Shown in pieces: positions 19,942 to 29,914 of a stretch of 64,000 nt of DNA (its first letter is position 1; every line of letters starts with the position of its first letter). Source of the stretch: Candidatus Bathyarchaeota archaeon (GTDB lineage Archaea; Thermoproteota; Bathyarchaeia; Bathyarchaeales; Bathycorpusculaceae); assembly GCA_963767735.1 (NCBI GenBank), contig CAVYES010000002.1, positions 85,862 through 149,861 on the forward strand, in the 5' to 3' direction. Under the pieces are notes generated by a model that saw nothing but the letters and a program-made list of their open reading frames with translations, ran no database searches and was not told the origin of the DNA. A program made the position numbers and the translations under genes.

Positions 19942-20473
19942 ACGTAAACCCCTATTTTAGATGCTTGAAAATAATTGCTTTTCGTGCTTAAAAGCGTGTT
20001 CATTGAATTCTGCAGATTTAACACGAAAAATCAGAAACTACATAATAATAGTGCACTGAAAGCTTTTTTTCCATAAGTCCACAACCAACTCGTGATTGGA
20101 TTGGTACCACTGATAGACACAGAGACAGACCGGGGGGAGGGTCATCTGCTTTAATTTCTAGTCAACGGAGACGCCCCTGTCAATCTTTCTATACATGCAA
20201 TAAACGGTTAAAGCTCTTAACGATTCATGAGCAGCCATCTACTAAAAAACTTTGTCGAACGCTATCCCTACAAAACCTTAACTTCTATGAATAATTACTT
20301 GCAGGTCAAACAGGGATTTTAGCCCAATCAAGCTCCAAACCGCACAGAAAGCCCTTGAAATCTTCAGACAAACATCTCTTACAGCTAAGCCTGCACCTAA
20401 GGCTTCTGATCTCCACGTAACATTGTTTTTTTTACCTATTTTCCAATAGCCAAAATAGTCTATCTGCCACCCA

Positions 20474-20512
20474 TTCAATTTTGCTATTGAAATTTGGTTG
20501 CTAAATTGATAC
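20474..20512. repeat. 39-bp imperfect palindromic dispersed element, copy A
   Basis: TTCAATTTTGCTA-TTGA-AATT-TGGT-TGCTAAATTGATAC; 31 invariant positions shared with copies B and C. Confidence 0.85.
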
Positions 20513-20602
20513 TCTCTCCCCTTAGTGCGTTTTTCAAAAACCATTTATTCTCACCCAACTAGAATACCAGTTGACCCGTTTGAGTTAGTTTGGTGTTGGT
20601 TG

Positions 20603-21217
20603 ATGATTGTTGGGGCTGTTGTGTTGGCGGCTGGCAAATCTGAAAGGATGGGGCAGAACAAGCTTTTTTTGCGTTTGAAAGGAAAAGCGCTAATAGATAA
20701 CGTTTTGGATGCAGTTGAGGCTGCAGGATTAGCTGAGCAGGTTATTGTGTTAGGACATGAAGTTGAACTGTTAATTGAAGCATTAAAACCAAGGGTGAAC
20801 ACGCTAAAGATAGCAGTTAATGAAGATTACGAGCAAGGGATGACTTCTTCTTTTCAAAAGGGGCTTCGAACGCTGCCTTACGTGGATGCCGCGTTTTTGG
20901 TTCTCGGCGATGAACCCATTTTTGAATCTAACTTTTTGAAGTTAATGGTGCAGCAGATGGAAAATAGCCAAGGCAAAGCGTTGATTGTTAGTCCGATTCA
21001 TAAAGGGAAGAAGGGGCACCCCCTGCTTTTTCATAGGCAACTTTTCCCAGAAATATTAAGCCTTAAAAACTCTCAAACTATACGCGAAATTGTTCATAGA
21101 TACACTGATCGGCTGCTTACAATTGAGGCGCCCCAGTGGACAATCATGGACATTGACACTCCAGAGGACTACGCACGGGTCAGGGGCTTAATAAAAACTG
21201 GCACCTGGGTTCTTTAG
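20603..21217 (+). CDS. Molybdenum cofactor cytidylyltransferase (MocA-like nucleotidyltransferase)
   Basis: VVLAAGKSERMGQNK, GMTSS, LGDEP, GHPLLF, DIDTPEDY; start moved to ATG 20603. Confidence 0.9.
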   Translation: MIVGAVVLAAGKSERMGQNKLFLRLKGKALIDNVLDAVEAAGLAEQVIVLGHEVELLIEALKPRVNTLKIAVNEDYEQGMTSSFQKGLRTLPYVDAAFLVLGDEPIFESNFLKLMVQQMENSQGKALIVSPIHKGKKGHPLLFHRQLFPEILSLKNSQTIREIVHRYTDRLLTIEAPQWTIMDIDTPEDYARVRGLIKTGTWVL

Positions 21218-21224
21218 AATCGCT

Positions 21225-22022
21225 TTACTCATGCCGTTTTCTTTGGGATTGGATAATTTCGGCAAGTATGCTTATCCCGATTTCTTCAGGCGTCTCTGCA
21301 CCTATATCTAAACCCGATGGAGTATGCAGTGCTTTTATGTGAGTTTCCCTAACGCCTTCAGTTCGAAGTTTCTCAGTGAGAATTTCTTTTTTCTTTGGGC
21401 TACCAAGTAAGCCGACATATGCGGTGTTTTTTTCAATTACGGCTTTTAACGCAGCATAATCATGTTCAGGTTCACCGTGAGCGATGACTACAGAGTCGGT
21501 TTGGCTAAACTCGAATTCGCTGAGGATTTTTGCGTAGTTGCCTGCGATGATGGTTTCAGCCATAGGGAACTTTTCTTTGCTTGCAAGTTTGCGTTCGTCG
21601 TCAACGATGACTACTTTGAAGCCTGCAGTACTGGCTAGCTTTGCTAAGGGCAGGGCCACGTGACCCGTGCCTACTATGACCAGTCGGGGGGCGGGTTCGA
21701 TTGCGTCGACTAGTATTGTTAATTCGCCGCCGCAAATCATGCCTGTTCCAACGGTGCCGTCTTTCTGGTTTTTACTCAGATTAAAAGTGACGACTCTTGA
21801 CCTATGCTCTTTTATGGATTTTAAGCACTCGCTGATTAAGGCGCGCTCAACGTTGCCTCCGCCTATGGTGCCATAAGTTGATCCGTCCTCTCTGACAATC
21901 ATCTTGGCTCCAACATCGCGGGGACCAGAACCTTTTTTCTCAACAACTGTACATAAAGCAACACTTTTTCCTTTTTCGAGTAACCGAGTCGCTTCAGTTA
22001 AAACTTCTAAATCAGTAGGCAT
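21225..22022 (-). CDS. xdhC: XdhC/CoxI family molybdoenzyme maturation factor
   Basis: GSGPRDVGAKM, GTIGGG, CGG, GTGHVA, YVGLLGS, GLDIGAETPEEIGISILAEI. Confidence 0.93.
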   Translation of the reverse strand: MPTDLEVLTEATRLLEKGKSVALCTVVEKKGSGPRDVGAKMIVREDGSTYGTIGGGNVERALISECLKSIKEHRSRVVTFNLSKNQKDGTVGTGMICGGELTILVDAIEPAPRLVIVGTGHVALPLAKLASTAGFKVVIVDDERKLASKEKFPMAETIIAGNYAKILSEFEFSQTDSVVIAHGEPEHDYAALKAVIEKNTAYVGLLGSPKKKEILTEKLRTEGVRETHIKALHTPSGLDIGAETPEEIGISILAEIIQSQRKRHE

Positions 22023-22059
22023 TAAAAAACCACATTAATAAATAATTAGAAATTGGCAT

Positions 22060-24084
22060 TTAGGCTTTCGCTTCGAGGAGTTCTTGGGGTTTAACAGGCG
22101 TGTGTCTTATGTGTTTGCCCGATACTTTTTCTATGGCTCTTACTACGGCTAAGGGTACACCAATCGTTGGGGCTTCACCTAAGCCTCTGGCATGATGCGG
22201 CATCTTCGAGGGGTGCTCAACGATTTGAATGGTGAATTTAGGCATGTTTTCGGCGATGGATAAGCCTGCGTCGAATAGGTTTTTTGTTAGCAGGTTGCCT
22301 TCTGCGTCATGTACGACTTCTTCGTAGAGTACTTGTCCGATACCTTGTATAGTTCCGCCGATGATTTGGCTTTCAATCATCTTTGGATTAAGTGCTCTGC
22401 CAACATCGTAGCAGCCAGCGCATTCCTTCACCTTAACTATGCCGAACTTGTCGATGCTGACCGTTGCGAGGACTGCGCCAAAAGAGTTTAATTGCACATT
22501 TTGGTTTTCATAAACCTCTGATGAATAATTGCCCCTCAACAAGTTTTCTACTGTGTAGTTTCCTTCCTTGTTTTCAACTTGTTTCTTCAGTTTTCGGGCT
22601 GCTGCAACGACTGCGGCTCCGCCGACAACGGCGGTTCTGCTTCCCCAACTCCCCACGCCATCCTTAAGCATGCTCGTGTCGCCTCTGTTCAAAGTTACTA
22701 TGTCTTGGGGGATTCTGAGTTCTTCGTTAAGCAGTTTCTTGACAAAGACATAGTGTTCTTGACCGTGCTGGTTTCCGCCCAGCCAAACGTTTACTTTGCC
22801 GTCTTGCACATTTATTCGGGCAGACTCTCCTCCCCAGATGGCTGAGAGTAAAACGAAAAATCCAAGCCCTGCCTTATCGCTTCGTGATTTTTCCTTGTAT
22901 TTTAAGTCTAAGGCGGCTTGCTTAAAGAATGGGCGTGAAGCTTCAATCTCTAACCCCAAGGGGGATTTGAAGTTCTCTGTTGTTGTGTTAATGAGGCGAA
23001 CTTCGTCAGCTTCCATTCCAAGCTCATCAGCCAGCAGATCCATCATGCGTTCCCTAAAGAATGCCGCTTCAGGTCTGCCTGCGCCTCGATATGGACCCTG
23101 CGGGGGCTTGTTAGTCATAACTGAAGTTGCGAGCACATGTGCTTTTTCGATGCCGTAAGGACCAGTTAACTGCATACCGATGAAAAAAGGCGACGCTGAC
23201 CCAGCGCTTCCGCCAAAAGCACCCGCATCTACCAGCACTTCGCCACGCCACCCCGTTACTTTGCCGTCTTTGTCGGCGTATATCTTCATTTTGCCTCGTA
23301 CTCCTCTTCCAGGTTGGCTAGCGGCTAGGTGTTCACTGCGGCTTTCGATCCATTTTACAGGTCGTTTGTACTTCATAGCGGCGTAGGCTGCTATGATATA
23401 TTCTGGGTAAAGGGCGCTTTTCGAGCCGAACGCGCCTCCAGTATCTGCCTGAATAACCCGCACCGTGGACTCATCTATTTTAAGTGTCGATGCCAACCCT
23501 TCTTTGATGCTGAAGACCGCTTGGGTGGAAATGTAGATGGTTAATTGGGAGCCGTCATAGTCTGCAATTAAGCCTCTTGGTTCTAAAGGGTTATTTACGA
23601 TTCGCGCAATTGAAAACTCGTCTTCCAAGATAACGGGTGATTTGGGGTCTTCAAAATCGGTGCCCAGCCATCTTTGCATGATAATGTTTGATTTTGTTCC
23701 TCTATGCAGAGGTTCGCCTAAAAGGGCTTCATCTATGGTCAGGATGGGCTTTAGCTTTTCATATTCGACTTCTACTTCATCTAGTTTATCTTCAGCAGCG
23801 TAACGGTCGTCTGCAAAAACTGCCGCAACAGGTTGCCCCACATAGTTTACGGTATCCTGCGCAAAAACGGGGTGTGCCGAAGCAGGGTTTACGGGTCCGC
23901 CCCAACCTTCCCCTCCGCCGCCTACAACTGCTTTTAAGTCACTTTGGTTCAAGCCGCCTTTTACCGAAAGCACCCGCGCCCGCGCATGAGGACTCCTTGC
24001 CACCGTCATATGCAACATATTGGTCAGCTTGATGTCATCAACGTATTTTCCTGCGCCTCTAACCAGCAGTTTGGATTCGCTCAC
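22060..24084 (-). CDS. Xanthine dehydrogenase family molybdopterin-binding large subunit (CoxL/CutA-like)
   Basis: GKYVDD, RSPHARA, GGAFGSK, GPYRGAGRPEA, SWGSR, SQIIGG..QGIG, GLGE; active-site loop is not the form I CODH AYxCSFR motif. Confidence 0.92.
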   Translation of the reverse strand: MSESKLLVRGAGKYVDDIKLTNMLHMTVARSPHARARVLSVKGGLNQSDLKAVVGGGGEGWGGPVNPASAHPVFAQDTVNYVGQPVAAVFADDRYAAEDKLDEVEVEYEKLKPILTIDEALLGEPLHRGTKSNIIMQRWLGTDFEDPKSPVILEDEFSIARIVNNPLEPRGLIADYDGSQLTIYISTQAVFSIKEGLASTLKIDESTVRVIQADTGGAFGSKSALYPEYIIAAYAAMKYKRPVKWIESRSEHLAASQPGRGVRGKMKIYADKDGKVTGWRGEVLVDAGAFGGSAGSASPFFIGMQLTGPYGIEKAHVLATSVMTNKPPQGPYRGAGRPEAAFFRERMMDLLADELGMEADEVRLINTTTENFKSPLGLEIEASRPFFKQAALDLKYKEKSRSDKAGLGFFVLLSAIWGGESARINVQDGKVNVWLGGNQHGQEHYVFVKKLLNEELRIPQDIVTLNRGDTSMLKDGVGSWGSRTAVVGGAAVVAAARKLKKQVENKEGNYTVENLLRGNYSSEVYENQNVQLNSFGAVLATVSIDKFGIVKVKECAGCYDVGRALNPKMIESQIIGGTIQGIGQVLYEEVVHDAEGNLLTKNLFDAGLSIAENMPKFTIQIVEHPSKMPHHARGLGEAPTIGVPLAVVRAIEKVSGKHIRHTPVKPQELLEAKA

Positions 24085-24578
24085 TCTTCGTCACCGCCTT
24101 GCTTTCTCATCAATTCATTTGCATACTTGACGGCTTCCACAATTCCATAGTAACCCGTGCAGCGGCATAAATTGCCTGAGAGCATCTTCTTTATCTCTTC
24201 ATCACTAAAATCCCTGTTTTGCCTCAAAATCCAATAAGAAGTCATTATCATCCCCGGCGTGCAAAAGCCGCATTGCAACCCTTGCTTTTCGATAAACGCC
24301 TTCTGCAGCGGATGCAAGTCACCTTCTTTTGCCAATCCTTCAATGGTGAGTATTTCTTTGCCGTTTGCCTGCACGCCAAGCATCGTGCAGGATTTGACTA
24401 CTTTACCATCCACCAAAACTGTGCATGCACCACAATTCGTCGTATCACAGGCATTGTGCGTGCCTGTTAGCCCAAGGTCTTCTCTAAGCACACTCACAAG
24501 TAACCTTCTTGGCTCTAATTCAAACTCAACAGGTTTCCCATTCACCTTAAAACTTGTCTTAACTTTTCTCATAGTCAC
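24081..24578 (-). CDS. 2x[2Fe-2S] small subunit (CoxS/CutC-like)
   Basis: CDTTNCGACTV, QCGFCTPG, NLCRCTG. Confidence 0.94.
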   Translation of the reverse strand: MTMRKVKTSFKVNGKPVEFELEPRRLLVSVLREDLGLTGTHNACDTTNCGACTVLVDGKVVKSCTMLGVQANGKEILTIEGLAKEGDLHPLQKAFIEKQGLQCGFCTPGMIMTSYWILRQNRDFSDEEIKKMLSGNLCRCTGYYGIVEAVKYANELMRKQGGDEE

Positions 24579-25446
24579 CCATCACCGCTCGCTTAAACGC
24601 AGCTTCCAGAGCGTCTTTCACTAAGATATCGAGCACTTTGCGCCGATAATCTTCTGACGCAGTAATATCCGTAACCGGTTTTGACGCTTCTACCGCCAAC
24701 TTTGCAACATTATCCAGTGCAGTTGCTTCAAGAGTCTTTCCTATGAAAGCCTGTTCAGCTTCTGGAGCCCTCAACGCCTTAGGACCGACAGCAGTCATTG
24801 CTAGCCTGCATTCAGAAACCATATTATCATCCGAAACCGAAACATGCGCTGCAGCACCAGCTATAGCGAAACCGCCAGAGCCTTTCTTGACTTTGCGGTA
24901 AGCACTCCCAACCCTGCCTTCCTGCAGGGGTATCTGGATTTCAGTAAGAACCTCGTTTGGTTTAAGTACGGTTTTAAATTTGCCTAAAAAGAATGCGTCT
25001 GAATGGATAATTCTCGTTCCCTCTTTACTAGCTATCGCAAATGATGCGTTTAAGGCAAGCATCGTCGCTGGCAGGTCGTTTGCTGGGGCCGCATGGCATA
25101 AGTTGCCGCCGACGGTGCCCAGGTTCCTGACTAATGGGTCAGCGATTTCCGCTGCGGTCTCCGTTAAAATCGGCAGTAAAGCAGCAATCGCATTGTCATT
25201 TTCTAAAGTGCCCGTAGTTGTTAAAGCGCCGATTCTAAGCGTATTTTCTTCTTTGCAGATGTAATTGAGCTCTTTGATGCCCGTTATATCCACTACGTTT
25301 TTAGGAGAAAGAGTCCTCAGCTTCAAAGCAGGTATTAAGCTCTGCCCGCCCGCCAAAATTTTCGTTTCAACGCCCAACGTTTGAAGAAGCTCTAAAGCGT
25401 CGGCAAGGTTCTTCGGCGAAAAATAATCAAAAGGTCGAGGAAACAT
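24559..25446 (-). CDS. FAD-binding medium subunit (CoxM/CutB-like)
   Basis: LAGGQSLIP, IGALTT, VRNLGTVGGNLC, SEDYRRKV; start moved to ATG 25446. Confidence 0.93.
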   Translation of the reverse strand: MFPRPFDYFSPKNLADALELLQTLGVETKILAGGQSLIPALKLRTLSPKNVVDITGIKELNYICKEENTLRIGALTTTGTLENDNAIAALLPILTETAAEIADPLVRNLGTVGGNLCHAAPANDLPATMLALNASFAIASKEGTRIIHSDAFFLGKFKTVLKPNEVLTEIQIPLQEGRVGSAYRKVKKGSGGFAIAGAAAHVSVSDDNMVSECRLAMTAVGPKALRAPEAEQAFIGKTLEATALDNVAKLAVEASKPVTDITASEDYRRKVLDILVKDALEAAFKRAVMGDYEKS

Positions 25447-25539
25447 AACAAAGACCCTGTTAAACAGAAAGATTTTGCGAAATATAAACACTATTGGATG
25501 CGCACAAATCGTTTTCTTTAAGTGCTAGCCGCTTCTGCA

Positions 25540-25578
25540 TTCAATTTTGCTAAAGCAATTCAATTGCTAAATTGATAC
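25540..25578. repeat. 39-bp imperfect palindromic dispersed element, copy B
   Basis: TTCAATTTTGCTA-AAGC-AATT-CAAT-TGCTAAATTGATAC. Confidence 0.85.
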
Positions 25579-25663
25579 CTACTCTCGAAAGAATTAAAAA
25601 TAATTAATTAATACGGTCAAGCTAACAAGTAACTATCATTAACATTAATGGATATAGTGATGT

Positions 25664-25888
25664 TTGTTGACGGATAAATCAACGGAGCAAAATAAGAAAA
25701 GAAAATTTTCAGTTAAATTCTGTCCAAAATGCGGTTCACCTGATGTGTTCTGGGCTCAAGGCATGCCTCAACTATGGTCGATATGGCAGTGCAAAAACTG
25801 CGGTTACCGGGGAGCATTGATTCTTGAAGATGGTAACCTTGCCGAAAAGCTTCAAAAAGAATGGAAAGGCACACACTTGAAGAAATAA
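25664..25888 (+). CDS. Small zinc-ribbon protein
   Basis: FCPKCGS...WQCKNCGY. Confidence 0.75.
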   Translation: MLTDKSTEQNKKRKFSVKFCPKCGSPDVFWAQGMPQLWSIWQCKNCGYRGALILEDGNLAEKLQKEWKGTHLKK

Positions 25889-25998
25889 AATCTTAATGGC
25901 AAGCAAAATCGTGTTTTCATGCGGCTACCCGTTGAAAGGTTTAATGTAAGTTTTTAAATCACTTAGCAGACTTAACATGTACATGGAGCAAGCGTCAA

Positions 25999-26820
25999 GT
26001 GTCTTACCACTTTAACATCCCATACCGAAGTAACACCAAACTCAAGGCAGTTATGGAGAGAATAAAAGAAGACAAGAAACTGCAAACTTACTGGAAATGC
26101 GCCAACGTTATGGCGATTGAGCGAATGGGCTATACTGATCATGGTCCGACGCACGTTAAAATTGTGGCGAACCTTGGGTTGAAGCTGCTGAGAATTCTTG
26201 TTGAGAAAAAACTCATAACGCCGAGCATAGTGGAAAATTATGGAATGACAAATGATGATGCTGAAGTTGTTGTTGTTTTAGGCTCAATCTTCCACGATTT
26301 AGGCATGATTGTCCAAAGGTACAGACATGAAGAGTACGGTGCGCTTTTAGCTTTAGAGTTTTTGGAGAAATGTTTGCCGCCAACCTACAGTGAAGAAGAA
26401 ATCGCAATAGTGACTTCGGAAGTCCTCCATGCAATCGTAACCCATGATGGAGATGCCGGCAGCAACAAACCGCCTCACAATAAGATATTAACCAAAGAAG
26501 CAGGCATAGTCAGCATAGCTGACGCATTGGACATGGAAGCAGGAAGAGCCCGAATCCCCTTTCAAGCTGGAAAAGTAGACATCCACGCCGTCTCAGCCCT
26601 CTCCATTGAAAAAGTGGAAGTGGAATGTGCCGAAAACGTTGAAAACGGGCAAAAACCAATCAACATAAAAATTAAAATGTCCAACTCAGCAGGCGTATTT
26701 CAAATAGATGAGCTCCTAAAACCAAGAATCGTAAATTCAGGACTTGAACAATTCTTCCACGTAATCGCAGAAATCACAGGAGAAAAAGAAAATAGAATAA
26801 TAGAGAAATTCGAGATCTAA
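25999..26820 (+). CDS. HD superfamily phosphohydrolase
   Basis: DHGPTH, FHDLG, HAIVTH, ADALD motifs. Confidence 0.9.
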   Translation: MSYHFNIPYRSNTKLKAVMERIKEDKKLQTYWKCANVMAIERMGYTDHGPTHVKIVANLGLKLLRILVEKKLITPSIVENYGMTNDDAEVVVVLGSIFHDLGMIVQRYRHEEYGALLALEFLEKCLPPTYSEEEIAIVTSEVLHAIVTHDGDAGSNKPPHNKILTKEAGIVSIADALDMEAGRARIPFQAGKVDIHAVSALSIEKVEVECAENVENGQKPINIKIKMSNSAGVFQIDELLKPRIVNSGLEQFFHVIAEITGEKENRIIEKFEI

Positions 26821-26965
26821 AATTCTTTTTGCCACTTACTCGAGCTTGCTTGAGATAACTTTTTTTATTTTTCTTTATATACTCAAATTTGTAGAAAACT
26901 CTACTTAAAACGTTAATTCAAACCCTAAATCCGAAAACAACTTCAAAAACAAGCCAAAACCCCGC

Positions 26966-26978
26966 CTACCTATAGACC
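26966..26978 (+). repeat. 13-bp intergenic motif CTACCTATAGACC (also at 33153..33165 on the minus strand)
   Basis: Exact 13-bp match in two intergenic regions between convergent genes; a looser AAAACCC..CCTATAGA lies near 3800..3818. Confidence 0.5.
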
Positions 26979-27021
26979 ACCCTACTATTTGTGCCCAAAA
27001 CCAGCCACAAAAACGGGGGGT

Positions 27022-28371
27022 TTATCCGTCTGTGCCGTAGCCGCTGATTGTGACAACTGCGTTTGTTGAGCTGGCGCTTGATTGTGCGTCTATCACAACG
27101 CCTGAAATTATGTCTTGCGAGGGATACAATTGCATCATTTGGTCGTTACTTAGCCATACTGCTCCGCTGCTGGTGAAGGTTTGAGTTACGCCGTTTGAGA
27201 TTACGTTGTCAGCAAATAGCAAGCGAATTCTGACGGTGACGGTCTCGTTGTTGGCGAAGTTGCCTTCAACTTGAATTTGGGGTTCGAAAGTGAAAATATC
27301 TAGCGGAAGCACTTGGATAGTCGTGTTAGCGCCATACTGGCTGTTTACGCCTACTGGAATATTGACGTTTTCTCTTTCAAATGCGCTGCTGACTCCAGAA
27401 ATCCATATGCCATAGGGGTTATGAATGCTCGCTGTCCAATTGCCTAAGAAGTTGACGCCGCCGTCGATAGTTGGGGCAGGATTACATGTTTGTTCAAGAC
27501 CTATCGCGAACATGTCATTTGGAACATCAGTGAAGGATTCAAACACAACACCAATTAGCAGGGTCTGGTCCATTGAGCCGCCAACTAAAAGTCCGGTTTG
27601 ATTAGTTACTCCATCTTGACCCATCCACATTCGGACATCCTGCAGTTGACTATCCGAAAACTGAGCAGACGGCTCAACGTTGATGCCGACGGAATTGTCT
27701 CTAATGTTGAAGAAGCAGCTGTCGATTTCTGAGCTGGCATAGGAGCCAGTAGCGTTGCCAACGGGCGTCAGGAAAGCTATGCCTTGTGTGGCATTTATGA
27801 AACTGCAATCTTCAATTTTTGTGTCTTCACTCCAAGATCTCGTATTAGCTAATTCGATGCCAACTGAAGTATTCTCGAAAATCATGTTAGAAATCGTTGT
27901 TCCAAATGAGTTCTCAACTGCAACGGTTCCATCGATTATAGTTAAACCTGAAATGGTCGCGTACTGGGAATCCGTGTAGTTGTCGCCGTAAATGATTATT
28001 TCATGTCCATTGCCAATTATGGTTGCTCCGTTGCCAACGATTTGAGCATTTATTTTGTTGGAAACCAAAACGTTCCCGCTTAAAGTGTAAGTTCCAGGGT
28101 TAAGATAAACAGAGTTCCCCTGAGCAAACGCTGAATTAATAGCTAACGAAGCACTTCCCGAAACGCTTGATGTGGAACCAGTTAACATGTTTTTTAATTG
28201 ATAATTATTACCGTTTTGGGAAACAATAAAATCATATGGTATTGCGGAATCTCCAGAACTGCTGGGTCGGCTAAAAATCATGTAGGTGTTAAATGCGGAC
28301 AGCGCAAGCAAAGCTACAAGAAGAACGGCGATAAGACGTTTAGATATAGTTATCTTTGAGTTTGCTTGCAT
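27022..28371 (-). CDS. Membrane-anchored/secreted right-handed beta-helix (pectin-lyase-like) protein
   Basis: N-terminal hydrophobic helix; AINSA...VYLNPGTY opening; Asn/Ile/Gly-rich repeats (ISGLTI, ISNMIFEN, IEDCSFIN). Confidence 0.72.
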   Translation of the reverse strand: MQANSKITISKRLIAVLLVALLALSAFNTYMIFSRPSSSGDSAIPYDFIVSQNGNNYQLKNMLTGSTSSVSGSASLAINSAFAQGNSVYLNPGTYTLSGNVLVSNKINAQIVGNGATIIGNGHEIIIYGDNYTDSQYATISGLTIIDGTVAVENSFGTTISNMIFENTSVGIELANTRSWSEDTKIEDCSFINATQGIAFLTPVGNATGSYASSEIDSCFFNIRDNSVGINVEPSAQFSDSQLQDVRMWMGQDGVTNQTGLLVGGSMDQTLLIGVVFESFTDVPNDMFAIGLEQTCNPAPTIDGGVNFLGNWTASIHNPYGIWISGVSSAFERENVNIPVGVNSQYGANTTIQVLPLDIFTFEPQIQVEGNFANNETVTVRIRLLFADNVISNGVTQTFTSSGAVWLSNDQMMQLYPSQDIISGVVIDAQSSASSTNAVVTISGYGTDG

Positions 28372-29028
28372 TTTGAGGGCTCAAGCGGTTTTGAATTACA
28401 TGTATAAACCATCGTTAATTAAATTTTATGCCATAAACGCATATTCAAACGCTTTTCAGGCACAACGCAAAATCCTTAAGATTGAATGTTGCAAAACAAA
28501 ACAGCGAGGGAAGTTCTGAATGGCTCATCTCAAACGCCTCCAAAACATCAAAGCTTCTCTTGGCGTACTTTCTGTGCTTGTGCTCGTGCGTGGTCGCAGA
28601 AAACCTTATGCAGGGCAACCGATGCTTCTCCGTCTATTTTTTCAGTACTACTAGCCGTCTCCTTTCCCCTGTGTACTCACAGTTTCGACCCGATTTAAAG
28701 CAGATTTCGCGTACACTAATATGTAAAAAATTAAAATATTATAGCAATCGCCCTCGCATGCATTTCTGCTTCACATGCACGTTGAACAAAAATAGCTACG
28801 GAAAAAACTGGCTTTGAAACGTTTTCTGTGCGGTAGAAGTTGAATGAGCTTGTTTACTATCTAATCAATGATTCGTGTTTTTCAAGCGATAAAGGCAATA
28901 CGCAGATAACGCTAGCTCTGCAACTAATGGAAGCTGGATTGGACGTTGTAATCACTGATCCAGACTGCACACAATACATTAGAAAACTAATGATGACAGA
29001 AAAGTTTATTATTTGTCCAAAAGCAAGG

Positions 29029-29325
29029 TCAAAGTTTCACTATCTGGGCGTGGGGTATACCCTCTATATTCAGAACCGCATCAGGATGAACGTAACCTTC
29101 TTCTATAGCTTTTTTTACACAGCATTTGCCTACAAGGTTCACTATGGTTGAATTATCAATCATGCCCATGGCTTCTTCAACAGTTGCTTTTCTGCCATTA
29201 TAAAATTCATCTTTAATATGGAAGACAATTTTGCCTTCCCGAAGAGTTCTGCCGAGCAGTTCACAGTCGCAGACCGCTAACAGTACATTTCTGCCCGCTT
29301 GCTTGAGGTTCACGTAGACTTCCAA
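29029..29325 (-). CDS. DUF424 family protein
   Basis: LLAVCDCELLG...EFYNG...IVNLVG...AIEEG...IEGIPHAQ; start moved to TTG 29325. Confidence 0.9.
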   Translation of the reverse strand: MEVYVNLKQAGRNVLLAVCDCELLGRTLREGKIVFHIKDEFYNGRKATVEEAMGMIDNSTIVNLVGKCCVKKAIEEGYVHPDAVLNIEGIPHAQIVKL

Positions 29326-29335
29326 TTTAGGTCGC

Positions 29336-29746
29336 CTATAACTGTTTAATAGATGATTTTGCTCCGCAAGCATTGCATACTAGAAAAGATAATCGTTTTT
29401 CCTTAACGATTCTGGTGTCAGGTCGTTTGCATATTGGGCAAACTACGTAACTATCTAAATACCGCTGTAGTAAGCGTTCAAAACTGTCGCGACGAAATTT
29501 TCCTTGAAAAATCGCTCTGGAATCTTGAAAAGTCGCCGCAGTAGCCATTTCACGAGTTAAGAACTTCAAAATATGCTGAGGATCGCGGTCCAAAGCATCA
29601 GCCACTTCTTTGAAATTAGCAATAATCGTTCGCATACCAACCGTGTTAACATATAGGTTTGGCATTTCCAAGCGCTCATGCTTAGTGGAAACTTCGGGCA
29701 TTTGAGCGCACGCCTTCTTCAGCAGATCCTCATAATTAAACGACAT
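29336..29746 (-). CDS. eif2b: Translation initiation factor aIF-2 subunit beta
   Basis: YEDLL, TIIANF, RDPQH, YVVCPICKRPDT...CNACGA; start moved to ATG 29746. Confidence 0.95.
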   Translation of the reverse strand: MSFNYEDLLKKACAQMPEVSTKHERLEMPNLYVNTVGMRTIIANFKEVADALDRDPQHILKFLTREMATAATFQDSRAIFQGKFRRDSFERLLQRYLDSYVVCPICKRPDTRIVKEKRLSFLVCNACGAKSSIKQL

Positions 29747-29914
29747 AACATTTACCATCCCATCAATCATTGTGACAGCCTGTATTTAAAAATTATAATC
29801 TGGAAGCAAGGGTTTACCATGTTAATCTACATATTTTGTACAGAAAATCATTATAAATGCTTATGTAACAATGCTCATTAGTTTCAACAATACTAGGTAG
29901 AGGGGCTAACATAA

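Noticed and set aside
20131-20160. GGGGGGAGGG tract (and GCGGGGGAGG near 41900) as possible reverse-oriented relics of the 39-bp element tail
   Set aside because: The palindromic core is absent; similarity is too weak.
20278-20544. 88-aa minus-strand ORF overlapping repeat copy A, with protein-like stretches in adjacent frames
   Set aside because: No recognisable family; may be a decayed relic but cannot be supported.
22060-25446. Annotation as aerobic CO dehydrogenase (coxLMS)
   Set aside because: Lacks the form I AYxCSFR loop, so gene symbols were withheld.
28400-29020. Long intergenic region with short ORFs (28482..28817, 28486..28698, 28840..29151)
   Set aside because: No motifs, no convincing starts, and no tRNA or sRNA structure recognised.
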